Source of the DNA: Thermoplasmatales archaeon I-plasma
GTDB lineage: Archaea > Thermoplasmatota > Thermoplasmata > Thermoplasmatales > GCA-001856825
Direction: 5' to 3'
Length of the DNA stretch: 64,000 nucleotides
NCBI GenBank assembly: GCA_001856825.1
Contig: ATMD01000001.1
Coordinates: 114,581 to 178,580 of the forward strand
A program made the position numbers and the translations under genes. The notes under the pieces were generated by a model. It had not been told where the DNA came from and made no database searches. It worked only from the letters and a program-made list of their open reading frames with translations. The first letter of the stretch is position 1. Each line of letters begins with the position of its first letter. Positions 23,293 to 33,041 of the stretch are shown one piece after another.

Positions 23293-23694
23293 ATGAAAAT
23301 AGATTCAACTAAATTGCTAAGGCAGAAACACATCAAAGTGACTCCGCAGAGGGTATCTGTACTGAATATAATGACGTCTGGGGGTCATTTCACCGGAGAA
23401 CAGATTTACAATGTACTGAAAAGGAAGATGCCAAGCATTAGCCTATCGACTGTTTACAGCACATTGGAGGTCCTGGAAAAAAACGAATTAGTTACATCTT
23501 TTGAAGTCAACGGAATGAAGTGGTTTGAGTCAAAGACAGAAACACATGTGAACGTATTCTGTATAAACGAAAACAAGATCATGGACGTTGATCTTGATAC
23601 ATCCTGGTTTTTGAAGGAACTTAGAAAGAAAGGTATAAAGGCAAGCAAGGTAAGCATAGTGGCACACTCTATCTGCAATTCAAAGGATACCTGA
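23293..23694 (+). CDS. Fur/PerR family transcriptional regulator
   Basis: TPQR, H.T..QIY, SLSTVY.TL, H....C...KI.D; divergent from katG. Confidence 0.88.
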   Translation: MKIDSTKLLRQKHIKVTPQRVSVLNIMTSGGHFTGEQIYNVLKRKMPSISLSTVYSTLEVLEKNELVTSFEVNGMKWFESKTETHVNVFCINENKIMDVDLDTSWFLKELRKKGIKASKVSIVAHSICNSKDT

Positions 23695-24055
23695 ATTATT
23701 TTTTTCCACAGCACTTGATAATATATTGTTTCTGAAATCATTTGCTAAATGAGTGTATTTATCCCTAAATGTTTCCAAGAATTGAAATCCTTACCGTATA
23801 TTGATTTGATAAGCCATTTGCAGGAAATGATATAATTGACGCAATTGGCCTAAGTCAAGTATCCATTTACCCACGATTTGCAGGTTTGGAAGAAATTGCT
23901 AGTGCACGCTATGGTTTCATTATTCAAACCTGTATTATTCTTCAATGAAGAGTGAGAGGTATGGTGGCAAGAAAACTGGGAGATTATGTTCCGGTTAATT
24001 CCCCACGGTATGTTTGTTATTACATCTATGCAATATAACATTATCAAGATCTTTT

Positions 24056-24811
24056 TTACTCGACACTCAATCTGCCTCTATTTAGATACCTTATGCTTTG
24101 GATAATATATATCGCTATGGTCGCAAGCGATATTGATAGGATTACAAAAAGAACTCTCCTGTGAGTGTAATCATATTCAGGAGTCAGTATATACACTCCA
24201 TAATATCCTGCAGCTTCAAGGAGTGCATATCTGATCCCAAATCCCGCGACAGTTGACAGGAAGTAAGGTATGAACTTCATTCTGAGCATGCCTGCCGCAA
24301 GGGCAACCGCTGAGTAGAAGTACGGTATAAAAGTCGAAATGAATATTGAGAAGGTACCGTGACTGATTATCCAGTCTTCTGCAATCTTGATATTTTCCTC
24401 TTTAACTCCAGCTAACCTGATTGACTTAAGCAACACTGGCCTCGCGGCATACCTCCCCGCGAAGTATTCAAAGGGCACAACAGCACCCGCTAATGCGGCT
24501 AGTAGTGCTATTCCAGGATTAAAAATACCGACAGAACTAAGGTAACCGATCAATGGTAGGGTAATGAAATCTGGAATAGGAAGTAGTCTAATTATGAATA
24601 TTCCAATATATCCGCCAAGAAGATGCGGGAAGGGTATAGATACGTCAACATGAGAGTAAGAGGAAATATTTACGAAATTAAGGTAGCCATTTAGAATGCC
24701 AGTAACCGAAACTGCAAGTATGCCCACTGCAGTTATAAGCGTATAGTGCCAGCTCTTGTGCATCCTCATTTCTATTGGGTTGGAATTAGCAATCTCATTG
24801 AGAACTACCAC
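24056..24811 (-). CDS. DedA/VTT family membrane protein
   Basis: LP.P...LP..GY, Y..GRY..R, W...HG...IF...FIP, AG..RM...F. Confidence 0.75.
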   Translation of the reverse strand: MVVLNEIANSNPIEMRMHKSWHYTLITAVGILAVSVTGILNGYLNFVNISSYSHVDVSIPFPHLLGGYIGIFIIRLLPIPDFITLPLIGYLSSVGIFNPGIALLAALAGAVVPFEYFAGRYAARPVLLKSIRLAGVKEENIKIAEDWIISHGTFSIFISTFIPYFYSAVALAAGMLRMKFIPYFLSTVAGFGIRYALLEAAGYYGVYILTPEYDYTHRRVLFVILSISLATIAIYIIQSIRYLNRGRLSVE

Positions 24812-25011
24812 TTCTCATCCCTCAGGCTGCACTTCTTATAGTATTCTTGGCTCATTACATAACTCTTTGGAATGAAGGCGGTATTGAAAGGTTCGTAATG
24901 AATAATTGAAATATTTGCAGTAACAAAACTTAGCATCTCAAGGAATACATTCTCCAGTAATGAAGAGGTATTCCTGACTGTGCCCTTGAATATAGATGTA
25001 TTCCTATGCAT
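24805..25011 (-). CDS. Possible 68-aa small protein between marR and dedA
   Basis: AGGAG precedes ATG 25011; its stop overlaps the dedA GTG start; no recognisable motif. Confidence 0.3.
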   Translation of the reverse strand: MHRNTSIFKGTVRNTSSLLENVFLEMLSFVTANISIIHYEPFNTAFIPKSYVMSQEYYKKCSLRDEKW

Positions 25012-25028
25012 GCTTCTCCTTTGCAATG

Positions 25029-25487
25029 CTACGCATCCACTCTATTGAGTGCTTCTTCAAGCTTAATGAGATGTTTCCTTAATTCCCGCCTTTCTTCAAT
25101 GTTCATTTCCTGCAAGACCTTTTCCAGGAAGCTGGTGTACGCAGAAAACACATTCATGTATGTCTCCCTTCCGCTCTTTGTTAATTCAATCATTATTTTC
25201 CTCCTATCTCCAGCCTTGCCCTTCCTCCTGAGAAACCCACTCTTTACTAGCCTGTCAATTATTCCAGTAACGTTTCCAGGTGTAACAGAAAGGCAGTCGC
25301 TAATCTTATTCATTGGAACAGAACCGCCATCAGAAACGACTTTTAAGGCCAAGAACTGAGGTCTTGTCAATCCACGTTCTGATAAGAGGGAGGTTATCCT
25401 CCTGTCAAGGATTTTGTATGTGTTCCTAAGCGCCTCAACTGTCCCGTTTTCTGAGCTTTCATCGGGCAATTCTACATGTTTTCTCAT
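25029..25487 (-). CDS. MarR family transcriptional regulator
   Basis: GLT..QF..L, VT..IDRLV..G, DRR...I.LT..G. Confidence 0.92.
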   Translation of the reverse strand: MRKHVELPDESSENGTVEALRNTYKILDRRITSLLSERGLTRPQFLALKVVSDGGSVPMNKISDCLSVTPGNVTGIIDRLVKSGFLRRKGKAGDRRKIMIELTKSGRETYMNVFSAYTSFLEKVLQEMNIEERRELRKHLIKLEEALNRVDA

Positions 25488-25503
25488 CGTTTACTAGCAT
25501 GAT

Positions 25504-25519
25504 TATTTATGTATAAATA
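25504..25519. promoter_or_regulatory. Inverted repeat TATTTAT-GT-ATAAATA (back-to-back TATA boxes / candidate MarR operator)
   Basis: Perfect 7-2-7 inverted repeat within a 45-bp divergent intergenic spacer. Confidence 0.55.
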
Positions 25520-25532
25520 GTATACACATATA

Positions 25533-27164
25533 ATGACCGAGATAGTTCTCACTGCCGATCGCGGTTCATTTACCGACTACGGTGGAGTCTCTACTCTTGG
25601 ATACGTGGCATGCATGCCCGATAGAATTGTACCAAAATTGATGATGGATGCTTTATTTACCCCCCGAATAAAATATAAATCCAATGGGGAGGCTATTGTT
25701 GCACCGTATGCATTGAGGAAGGTCGAAGCAATACTACTCAAAGCCGGTTTCAAGGATGTAGTGGTGGCACCTCCAGAGGCCCTTGGAAAGGTGGTTGACA
25801 AGGAAACCAGGCTCTTAGGAATAACTGTGCACGACCCTTACGGACTAAGCCCAGTCTCATTCAAACTGACTATGCTATTTGGGGGTGGACCAGCATGGAA
25901 CGCCACCTTCTTCAACGATCTATCACAGGAAATTTGGAGGCTAAGGAAAAAATATAATTTCAAGGTTTTTGCGGGAGGCCCGGCGACCTGGCAGCTTGCC
26001 CTAGAAAGACCGGATTGGTTGGATACTATTTATAACGGAGAGGCAGAGGTCGATCTACCGAAATATGTCAGCAGCGTATATCAAGGATCAGATGTTCCAA
26101 AGGACGTAAGGGGTAGGGACGCAAAGGTGGAGGAGATCCCAACAATAGTGAAACCAGCGAGACTGGGAGAGGTTCAGGTAACTAGGGGTTGTCCTAGAGG
26201 TTGCCAGTTTTGCTCTATAACACCTGAAACCTACAGAACGATACCACTGGAGGACGTACTGAAAGAAGTAAAGCTAAATATCGATGCAGGAGCGAGAAAC
26301 ATAGAGCTCTTGACTGACGATATCCTCCTCTACGGATCGAAGAGGCTTGCGATAAATAGGGAGGCTATAGTAACACTTTTCAGAAAGGTGAAAGAAGAGG
26401 GAGCGGAACAGATATTTTTCCCGCACATTTCTTCTCCTGCTGTGGTTGAAAGTCCTGAAACAGTAATGGAAATATCTGATATAGCAGAATACAAAAAGCA
26501 CAGGGCGGAAGCTCCCGTAGTTGGGCTTGAAAGTGGCAGCACAAGAATCATCTCCAAGTACATGAGAGGAAAGCCTTTCCCGTACAGACCGGAGGACTGG
26601 GGGAAGGTAATAATAGAATCAACGGGGATTCTCAACGATGCGTACATCACGCCTGCTTATACCATGACAGTTGGATTCCCTGATGAAACTGATGAAGACG
26701 TACAGCAGAGCATTGATTTAGTCCATAAACTATTTGACTCAGGAGGCAAGGCGTGGGTTTTCCCGCTGCCGGTCATTCCAATTACGTCTACAAAGATAAG
26801 TAGGAATCCTTTTCCAGAGCTTGAAAAACTTCCGGGTAAGTACTGGGAATTGTTGTACGTAAGCTGGAAGAAGGACCTCGAATTGACCAGGATAGTACTT
26901 CCGCAAATGACAGAGCGGATGAATAGCAAAATAACAAAGACCATAGTGAACACTGTTATGGATCACACTTTTTCCAACATTGAGGGTGTGTTTAAAGAAC
27001 TAATGGAAACAAGAGGTAGAAAGTCATATGAATACAGCACGGTCGAGCTTAACAGCGTGATTGGCATATTTAGGAGCATTTACCGGTTGATGTTAGTCTT
27101 CTCGAGAAGAGGTACGGACTACATTGGGAAATCAACCTCTTCAAGCTCAGGATCGTCAACTTAG
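25533..27164 (+). CDS. Radical SAM protein with B12-binding-like N-terminal domain
   Basis: TRGCPRGCQFC (CxxxCxxC), GGP, GEAE, GLESGS. Confidence 0.88.
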   Translation: MTEIVLTADRGSFTDYGGVSTLGYVACMPDRIVPKLMMDALFTPRIKYKSNGEAIVAPYALRKVEAILLKAGFKDVVVAPPEALGKVVDKETRLLGITVHDPYGLSPVSFKLTMLFGGGPAWNATFFNDLSQEIWRLRKKYNFKVFAGGPATWQLALERPDWLDTIYNGEAEVDLPKYVSSVYQGSDVPKDVRGRDAKVEEIPTIVKPARLGEVQVTRGCPRGCQFCSITPETYRTIPLEDVLKEVKLNIDAGARNIELLTDDILLYGSKRLAINREAIVTLFRKVKEEGAEQIFFPHISSPAVVESPETVMEISDIAEYKKHRAEAPVVGLESGSTRIISKYMRGKPFPYRPEDWGKVIIESTGILNDAYITPAYTMTVGFPDETDEDVQQSIDLVHKLFDSGGKAWVFPLPVIPITSTKISRNPFPELEKLPGKYWELLYVSWKKDLELTRIVLPQMTERMNSKITKTIVNTVMDHTFSNIEGVFKELMETRGRKSYEYSTVELNSVIGIFRSIYRLMLVFSRRGTDYIGKSTSSSSGSST

Positions 27165-27309
27165 CCACATATATTGCGACAGGAATTGCAGTCATTCTGT
27201 GTGTGATTCCAATATATTCCCTCATAGTTTTTGGCCCGATGTTAAGTCCAAGGTGCCACAACGATCATATTGCGTTAGTGTTTTGTAGTTCTATTTCCTT
27301 AAACGTGCA

Positions 27310-27834
27310 ATGAGAATCCCCAAAATGGAAGGGTTGCTGAATACAGATGAAATGCTCGACATGAAACCAGGAAGGGTATATGCGGCAGTGTCAATAGTAG
27401 TTTCAGAGAACAAGCTCATCATGGAAAAGAGAAGTTTTAGCGAAAATGATCCGTGGTCAGGTCAGTTTTCCCTTCCTGGGGGGCATCTGTCGGAACAAGA
27501 CAAATCATTGAAAGAGACTGCTATCAGGGAAACATTTGAGGAGACAGGTGTAGACCTAGGAAAAAATTCAAGATATATCGGATATTTCGGCCCGTTTACT
27601 CCAAGGAATAGGGAGAATCTTGAGGTATATGCATACATATTCGAGATTCCAAAAGTAGTGAAACTTGTTCCTTCCCCAGAGTCTGAATATCTAATATGGA
27701 TTGAACTTTCAAACCTGAAAGTAGAGAATGGAATCTACGGCAAAGAATTCAAGATAGCGGAGGGCACGATTTGGGGAATGACCGCAAGGGTGCTGGAAAA
27801 ATTCATCGAATTGTACCAGATGGGTACAAAATAG
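27310..27834 (+). CDS. Nudix hydrolase, CoA-pyrophosphatase-like
   Basis: DPWSGQFSLPGG, TAIRETFEETG, IWGMTA. Confidence 0.88.
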   Translation: MRIPKMEGLLNTDEMLDMKPGRVYAAVSIVVSENKLIMEKRSFSENDPWSGQFSLPGGHLSEQDKSLKETAIRETFEETGVDLGKNSRYIGYFGPFTPRNRENLEVYAYIFEIPKVVKLVPSPESEYLIWIELSNLKVENGIYGKEFKIAEGTIWGMTARVLEKFIELYQMGTK

Positions 27835-27862
27835 TTTTATAGAAAAGTATGTGGTACTAAAT

Positions 27863-29800
27863 ATGACAGACCAATCAAACCCGCTTCCATTCGATTCATT
27901 CATGAATCCCAGTCTGGGTAAATACACAAAGATCTACAGGGATTCTATTGAGAATCCTGAAAAGTTTTACGAGGATGCTGGCTGGGTACTTGACTGGTAT
28001 TCTAAATGGGAAACAATTATCGACCGCACCGGCGAACCTTACTACAGGTGGTACGTCAACGGAAAGCTAAATATCAGCTACAATGCGGTGGACAGGCATG
28101 CCAACGGACCGAGGAGGAACAAGGCAGCTTACATCTGGGTCGACGAGAAGGGGAACGAGAAAATAGTCACTTACAGGGGACTTTACAGGAGGGTCAACGC
28201 TCTAGCGAAAGCGTTGCTTGAAATGGGCGTAAAGAAGGGGGATAGAATAGCGATATACATGCCAATGATCATTGAGGAACCCGTAGCGATGCTTGCTTCT
28301 GCGAGGATCGGAGCAGTATTCACCGTAATATTCTCCGGGTTTGGTGCAGAGGCAATTGCAGATAGAATTAACGATTGCGGAGCAAAACTGGTAATAACTG
28401 CGGATGGGGGCTACAGGAGGGGGAAATTCATTCCACTCAAGGAAACGGTAGACAAGGCTTTAGAGCATACAAAGACTGTAGAATCAGTCATTGTGGTAAA
28501 GCACACTGGCCAGCCTGTCAGCATGACAGAAGGGCGGGACTACTGGTACAGCGACGTCATAAATGACAAGGAGGAAGTGGAACCAGAAAGGATGGATTCC
28601 AACGACCCTCTGTTCATACTCTACACATCAGGAACGACCGGCAAGCCCAAGGGCGTAGTACACGGAACAGGCGGTTATGGTGTCTGGGTTGCAAACACAA
28701 TGAAATGGGCGTTCGATCCACAGGAGACGGACAGATGGTGGTGTGCAGCAGATATAGGTTGGATTACGGGACACAGCTACATTGTATTCGCACCACTGAT
28801 TCTTGGACTGACATCGATCATCTATGAAGGGAGCCTGGACTATCCTGGACCGGACCAGGTCTGGAAAATAATATCGTACTACGAGGTGGACATTCTATAT
28901 ACCTCACCCACAGCAATCAGATCACTGATGAAGTACGGTGACGAATATCCCAAGAGTCACAATCTCTCTTCCCTCAGGGTTCTAGGTTCCGTCGGGGAGC
29001 CCATAAACCCGGTCGCATGGGAATGGTATTATGAAAAGATTGGAAACTCTCAGTGCCCTATCATAGACACATACTGGCAAACTGAAACAGGTGGTTTCGT
29101 GATCAGTCCGGTTACAGGGATAGGTACTACGCTCCTGAAACCAGGATCTGCGACACTTCCACTTCCAGGTATTGACCCGGTGATACTGAAGCAGGACGGC
29201 GGGGAGGCTGCTCCAGGCGAGAAGGGCCTCCTGTTCCTCAGAAAGCCGTGGCCTGGAATGATGATTGGACTTAACAACGATGATAAAAAGTACAGGACGC
29301 TATACTTTGGAAGAGGGAAGGATGGATATTACACCGGAGACTATGCAATTAAAGACAAGGACGGATATTACTGGCTACTTGGAAGGGCAGACGAGGTACT
29401 GAAGGTGTCAGGTCATAGGATAGGGACAGTGGAGGTGGAGGACGCATTACTATCAACCGGACTGGTAGCCGAAGCAGGCGTGTTCGGGAAACCCCACCAG
29501 ATAAAGGGGGAAAGCATAGTTTCATTTGTGGTACTCAAGAGTGACAGCAGGATGGAACCTTCAGTTGATGCTATCAAGGAAAAGGTAAGGCAGAAATTTG
29601 GACCTCTACTTGTACCCGACGAAGTCCACATTGTGGGCTCCCTACCAAAGACACGAAGCGGGAAGATCATGAGGAGAATAATCAAGGCCGTTTACCAGAA
29701 TGACATACCGGGAGACCTGACGACGCTAGAATCAGAGGCATCTGTAGATGAGATAAAGGAAGCCATCGACAAATTCAGAAATGAGATGGACGGAAATTGA
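27863..29800 (+). CDS. acs: Acetyl-CoA synthetase (AMP-forming)
   Basis: YTSGTTGKPKG, ADIGWITGHSY, DTYWQTETG, PKTRSGKIMRR. Confidence 0.96.
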   Translation: MTDQSNPLPFDSFMNPSLGKYTKIYRDSIENPEKFYEDAGWVLDWYSKWETIIDRTGEPYYRWYVNGKLNISYNAVDRHANGPRRNKAAYIWVDEKGNEKIVTYRGLYRRVNALAKALLEMGVKKGDRIAIYMPMIIEEPVAMLASARIGAVFTVIFSGFGAEAIADRINDCGAKLVITADGGYRRGKFIPLKETVDKALEHTKTVESVIVVKHTGQPVSMTEGRDYWYSDVINDKEEVEPERMDSNDPLFILYTSGTTGKPKGVVHGTGGYGVWVANTMKWAFDPQETDRWWCAADIGWITGHSYIVFAPLILGLTSIIYEGSLDYPGPDQVWKIISYYEVDILYTSPTAIRSLMKYGDEYPKSHNLSSLRVLGSVGEPINPVAWEWYYEKIGNSQCPIIDTYWQTETGGFVISPVTGIGTTLLKPGSATLPLPGIDPVILKQDGGEAAPGEKGLLFLRKPWPGMMIGLNNDDKKYRTLYFGRGKDGYYTGDYAIKDKDGYYWLLGRADEVLKVSGHRIGTVEVEDALLSTGLVAEAGVFGKPHQIKGESIVSFVVLKSDSRMEPSVDAIKEKVRQKFGPLLVPDEVHIVGSLPKTRSGKIMRRIIKAVYQNDIPGDLTTLESEASVDEIKEAIDKFRNEMDGN

Positions 29801-29929
29801 TCTGAAGAGCAAATGCGTATCCAGATAAGCGGTAATTAATCTACTTCTACGGTTACAATTCAATATTGAAGTGACGATAACACAGGCTTTTCACGGAAAA
29901 TTATTAAATTTCGCTCATATTACCAAACA

Positions 29930-30869
29930 GTGAAGGGTAAAAAAATTCTAGTAACAGGTGCAGCAGGTTTTATTGGTTCCAACCTTGTCGAGTCTTTGAT
30001 AAAGGATAATTTTGTGATAGGAGTCGATAACCTATCGTCAGGAAAGAAGGAGAATTTAAGAGATTTTCTTGAGTCAAAGAATTTTGCCTTCAAAAAGATT
30101 GACGTGAAGGATACAGACTTGCTGAAAAAGGAAATGGACGGGGTAGATTTGGTATTTCATTTGAGCGCCAATGCAGACGTAAGGAAGGGGTATGGCGATT
30201 CTGGCGTTGATTTCAGGGAGAATGTTCAGGCAACTCTTTCCGTGCTGGAGGCGATGCGTTCCAAGGACGTAAGAGAAATAATATTCTCCTCTACCAGTAC
30301 AGTATACGGCAATGCCGCAATCATTCCTACTCCTGAGTTCTACGGCCCTTTAATGCCGATATCACATTACGGCGCTTCAAAGCTCGGTGCGGAAGCATTC
30401 ATTTTCAGTTTCTCGAGCAACTATGGGTTCAAGCCATCCGTATTCAGGTTTGCAAATGTTGTAGGAAGGAGGGGGACACATGGCGCAATAGCAGATTTCA
30501 TTGCTAAGCTGAAGAAGGACAGGACAACTCTAGATGTCTTGGGGGACGGAACGCAGAAGAAATCATACATTTACGTAGATGATTGTGTCAACGGGATGAT
30601 ACTCCTACACGGGAAGGAGGATGGGCTGTTCAACCCTAGGTACTAGGGGAAGAACATCTGTGAGGGAGATTGCAGAGATGACTGTAGAGAGATTTTCTCC
30701 GGGTGCGAGGATAAATTACGTTGGTGGTCCAGGAGGAGCAGGATGGGTTGGCGATGTCAAATATGCCGGTCTTGACATCACTAAGGCGCAGAGGAACGGA
30801 TGGGAATACATGATTGACAGCAATGAAGCTGTAAGAAAGGCAATAGAAGATGCAGTGGCAAACACATGA
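29930..30869 (+). pseudogene. NAD-dependent epimerase/dehydratase (UDP-glucose 4-epimerase-like) with one frameshift at CCC 30634-30636, probably an assembly error
   Basis: GAAGFIG, YGASK; removing one C gives FNLGTRGRTSV and a continuous 312-aa protein. Confidence 0.85.
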
Positions 30870-31666
30870 AAATCCCCACGTTTGTTTCGTCTCTTGACAA
30901 CATAATGAAGGGAGGCATACCTGAGGGTAGTTCAGTACTGCTCATTGGGGAACCGGGAGCAGGCAACTTCGAATTTTCGATGACTTCAGCAGCCAACCTA
31001 GCAAGGGCACTTGATGGAAAAGTTCCCAGAGGGTTGGAGAACTTTGATGTTAGATTCCCGGCAGGTATACTTTACGTAACGTTTTCAAAACCAGGGGATG
31101 AGATAATGCGTATACTTTCACTTTCCCTTGAAGAGGGTCTTGCGTCCAGCCTCAGGAAACAGATATCCATTCTAGATTTCTCAAGGCTCTACTACTCCCA
31201 GACACAAGTGCCTTCCTCGTGGATCGGTGGCAGCACCATTAGGGACAGGGAAAACATCATTTCATCTTTCATCAAGGAAATAGAGAAGGGAGGAAAGGAC
31301 AAGCTCATAATAATAGATTCATTCACAGACCTGATAACGAGCAAGTTCCTTGATGAGAAGACTCTTTTTGACATATCCAGGGGGCTATCAAGAGCAAGCA
31401 AGATGTGGAATTCAGTTGTTTACGTACTGATGACATCTGGCATAGTGGATAAGAGGGCAGAGAACATACTTATGGAGATTTTTGACGGAACCCTGCTGTT
31501 TGAATGGAACACAACTGAGAAGTCGAGCAAGAGGAAGAGATACATGACAATACCGAGATTCACTGGAGTATTACCGGTTATAGAGAGGGAGAAGATAGAG
31601 CGATTTGACACTGAATTTGATTACAAGACCGGCATGATAGTACTGAACACCACGAAGGTGAAATGA
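30866..31666 (+). CDS. KaiC/RAD55-like ATPase, probably inactive
   Basis: LD..MKGGIPEGS; Walker A GEPGAGNF lacks Lys-Thr; IIIDS. Confidence 0.85.
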   Translation: MKIPTFVSSLDNIMKGGIPEGSSVLLIGEPGAGNFEFSMTSAANLARALDGKVPRGLENFDVRFPAGILYVTFSKPGDEIMRILSLSLEEGLASSLRKQISILDFSRLYYSQTQVPSSWIGGSTIRDRENIISSFIKEIEKGGKDKLIIIDSFTDLITSKFLDEKTLFDISRGLSRASKMWNSVVYVLMTSGIVDKRAENILMEIFDGTLLFEWNTTEKSSKRKRYMTIPRFTGVLPVIEREKIERFDTEFDYKTGMIVLNTTKVK

Positions 31667-32358
31667 TGTCTATTGTTGATACAGGAGTGGACGGATTGAA
31701 TACGATGCTGGGAGGAGGAATCCCAGAGGGTAGCTCAACCCTTGTCCTGGGAAGCTACGGAGCAGGAAAGACGACAATGGGAATACACTTCGCCTACAGG
31801 GGGGCATCTAAAGGCGAGAACGTTGTCTACTTCACGCTAGAGGAGAGGAAGGAGAGCATAATACAGGCATCAAAAACGTATAATATGGATTTCTCGCCTT
31901 ATCTCGACAATAATCTATTCCTTCTGAATCCAGATACTATAGAATTTGTAGAGATGCTCAAGACAGAAGGCAATTTCAAGTCAAGCATAGAGTCACTCAA
32001 GCCGAAGAGGATCGTGATAGACAGCATATCTCTGATCCTGATGGTTGCAGAAAATGATGTCCTGAAGAGGAACGTGATTATCAACTTGTCCAACGCCCTT
32101 AGGGATATGAAGGTAACATCTCTCCTCCTGGCTGAATCGAACGTATCCTTCCCGTACTCGAGCAGAGACGGTCTTGCTGAATTCGTGTCAGATGGCGTTA
32201 TTTCACTGCAGAACAAGTACGATGACAGCATTGGGTCTACAACCAGCATAATAAGGGTCTTAAAGATGAGGCTTACAAACCACGACAGGAAGGCAAGGCC
32301 TTACAGCATTGGATCAAACGGACTCGAGATACTTGCGAAATCTGAATTATTCCAGTAA
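31663..32358 (+). CDS. KaiC/RAD55-like ATPase
   Basis: TG..GL..MLGGGIP, GSYGAGKT, LEE, IVIDS, VLKMR. Confidence 0.92.
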   Translation: MMSIVDTGVDGLNTMLGGGIPEGSSTLVLGSYGAGKTTMGIHFAYRGASKGENVVYFTLEERKESIIQASKTYNMDFSPYLDNNLFLLNPDTIEFVEMLKTEGNFKSSIESLKPKRIVIDSISLILMVAENDVLKRNVIINLSNALRDMKVTSLLLAESNVSFPYSSRDGLAEFVSDGVISLQNKYDDSIGSTTSIIRVLKMRLTNHDRKARPYSIGSNGLEILAKSELFQ

Positions 32359-32363
32359 GCTCT

Positions 32364-33041
32364 CTAGAACAGTCCGAACTCTACCTTTTTTCCAGGAGCC
32401 CTTATCCAGTAGTCGCCTATCTCTTCCGTATTCTTTACATGAGTTCCAGCACATGCGCAAACGTCTAGGCCTTCAATCTCTACCACTGAAACTTCGTCTA
32501 TGGATTTTGGGAGCCTCTCGAGGTTGCATCTTGCCATCAGCTTTGGGTCCAGTTCGTTCCTCTTTACGAAATATCTCTTCAGGGAACGGGGAATCTTGCT
32601 TATATTGAATGCTTCATCTGCCAGCACTATTTCTGTTGAATCACTCTCAATGTATCCATATCCTGGGAAGACCTCTGTAACCAGTGATTTGTATCCATCC
32701 TTGAATATCACTGCGGAAATGGCGTGCTGAAGGGTGTGCATTTTCATTATTTTGTACCTTCTTTCCCAGTCCACGATAAGTTTCCCTTCTTTGATGTCCA
32801 CTTCTTCGCTGGAAAGATGAATGACATTCTTTCCCTTCTTTTTGACGTTATGGATGGGTATCTTGATATCACCAGAAATGAGCAATCCCCTGTCGCCTGG
32901 CTGTCCACCGCCTTGGTAGTGCATTATGGTCCTGTCAAGAACGTATCCGCCGCCTTCAAATCCCAGAACCTTTACGTCTATCTCCCTGACGTACGATCCA
33001 TCTATACCCTGGAGGTAGATTAATTGACCTCCATCACTCAA
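32364..33041 (-). CDS. alaX: Second alanyl-tRNA editing (AlaX) protein
   Basis: GGGQPGD, HTLQH, CAGTHV.NT.EIG; TTG start 8 nt after SD AGGTGA. Confidence 0.85.
   Translation of the reverse strand: MSDGGQLIYLQGIDGSYVREIDVKVLGFEGGGYVLDRTIMHYQGGGQPGDRGLLISGDIKIPIHNVKKKGKNVIHLSSEEVDIKEGKLIVDWERRYKIMKMHTLQHAISAVIFKDGYKSLVTEVFPGYGYIESDSTEIVLADEAFNISKIPRSLKRYFVKRNELDPKLMARCNLERLPKSIDEVSVVEIEGLDVCACAGTHVKNTEEIGDYWIRAPGKKVEFGLF

Noticed and set aside
23850..24047. 65-aa minus-strand ORF downstream of dedA
   Set aside because: No motif and atypical composition; cannot be supported
33019..33036. Apparent frameshift at the start of the second alaX (out-of-frame ATG overlapping the upstream stop)
   Set aside because: An in-frame TTG at 33041 with SD AGGTGA 8 nt upstream explains initiation without a frameshift
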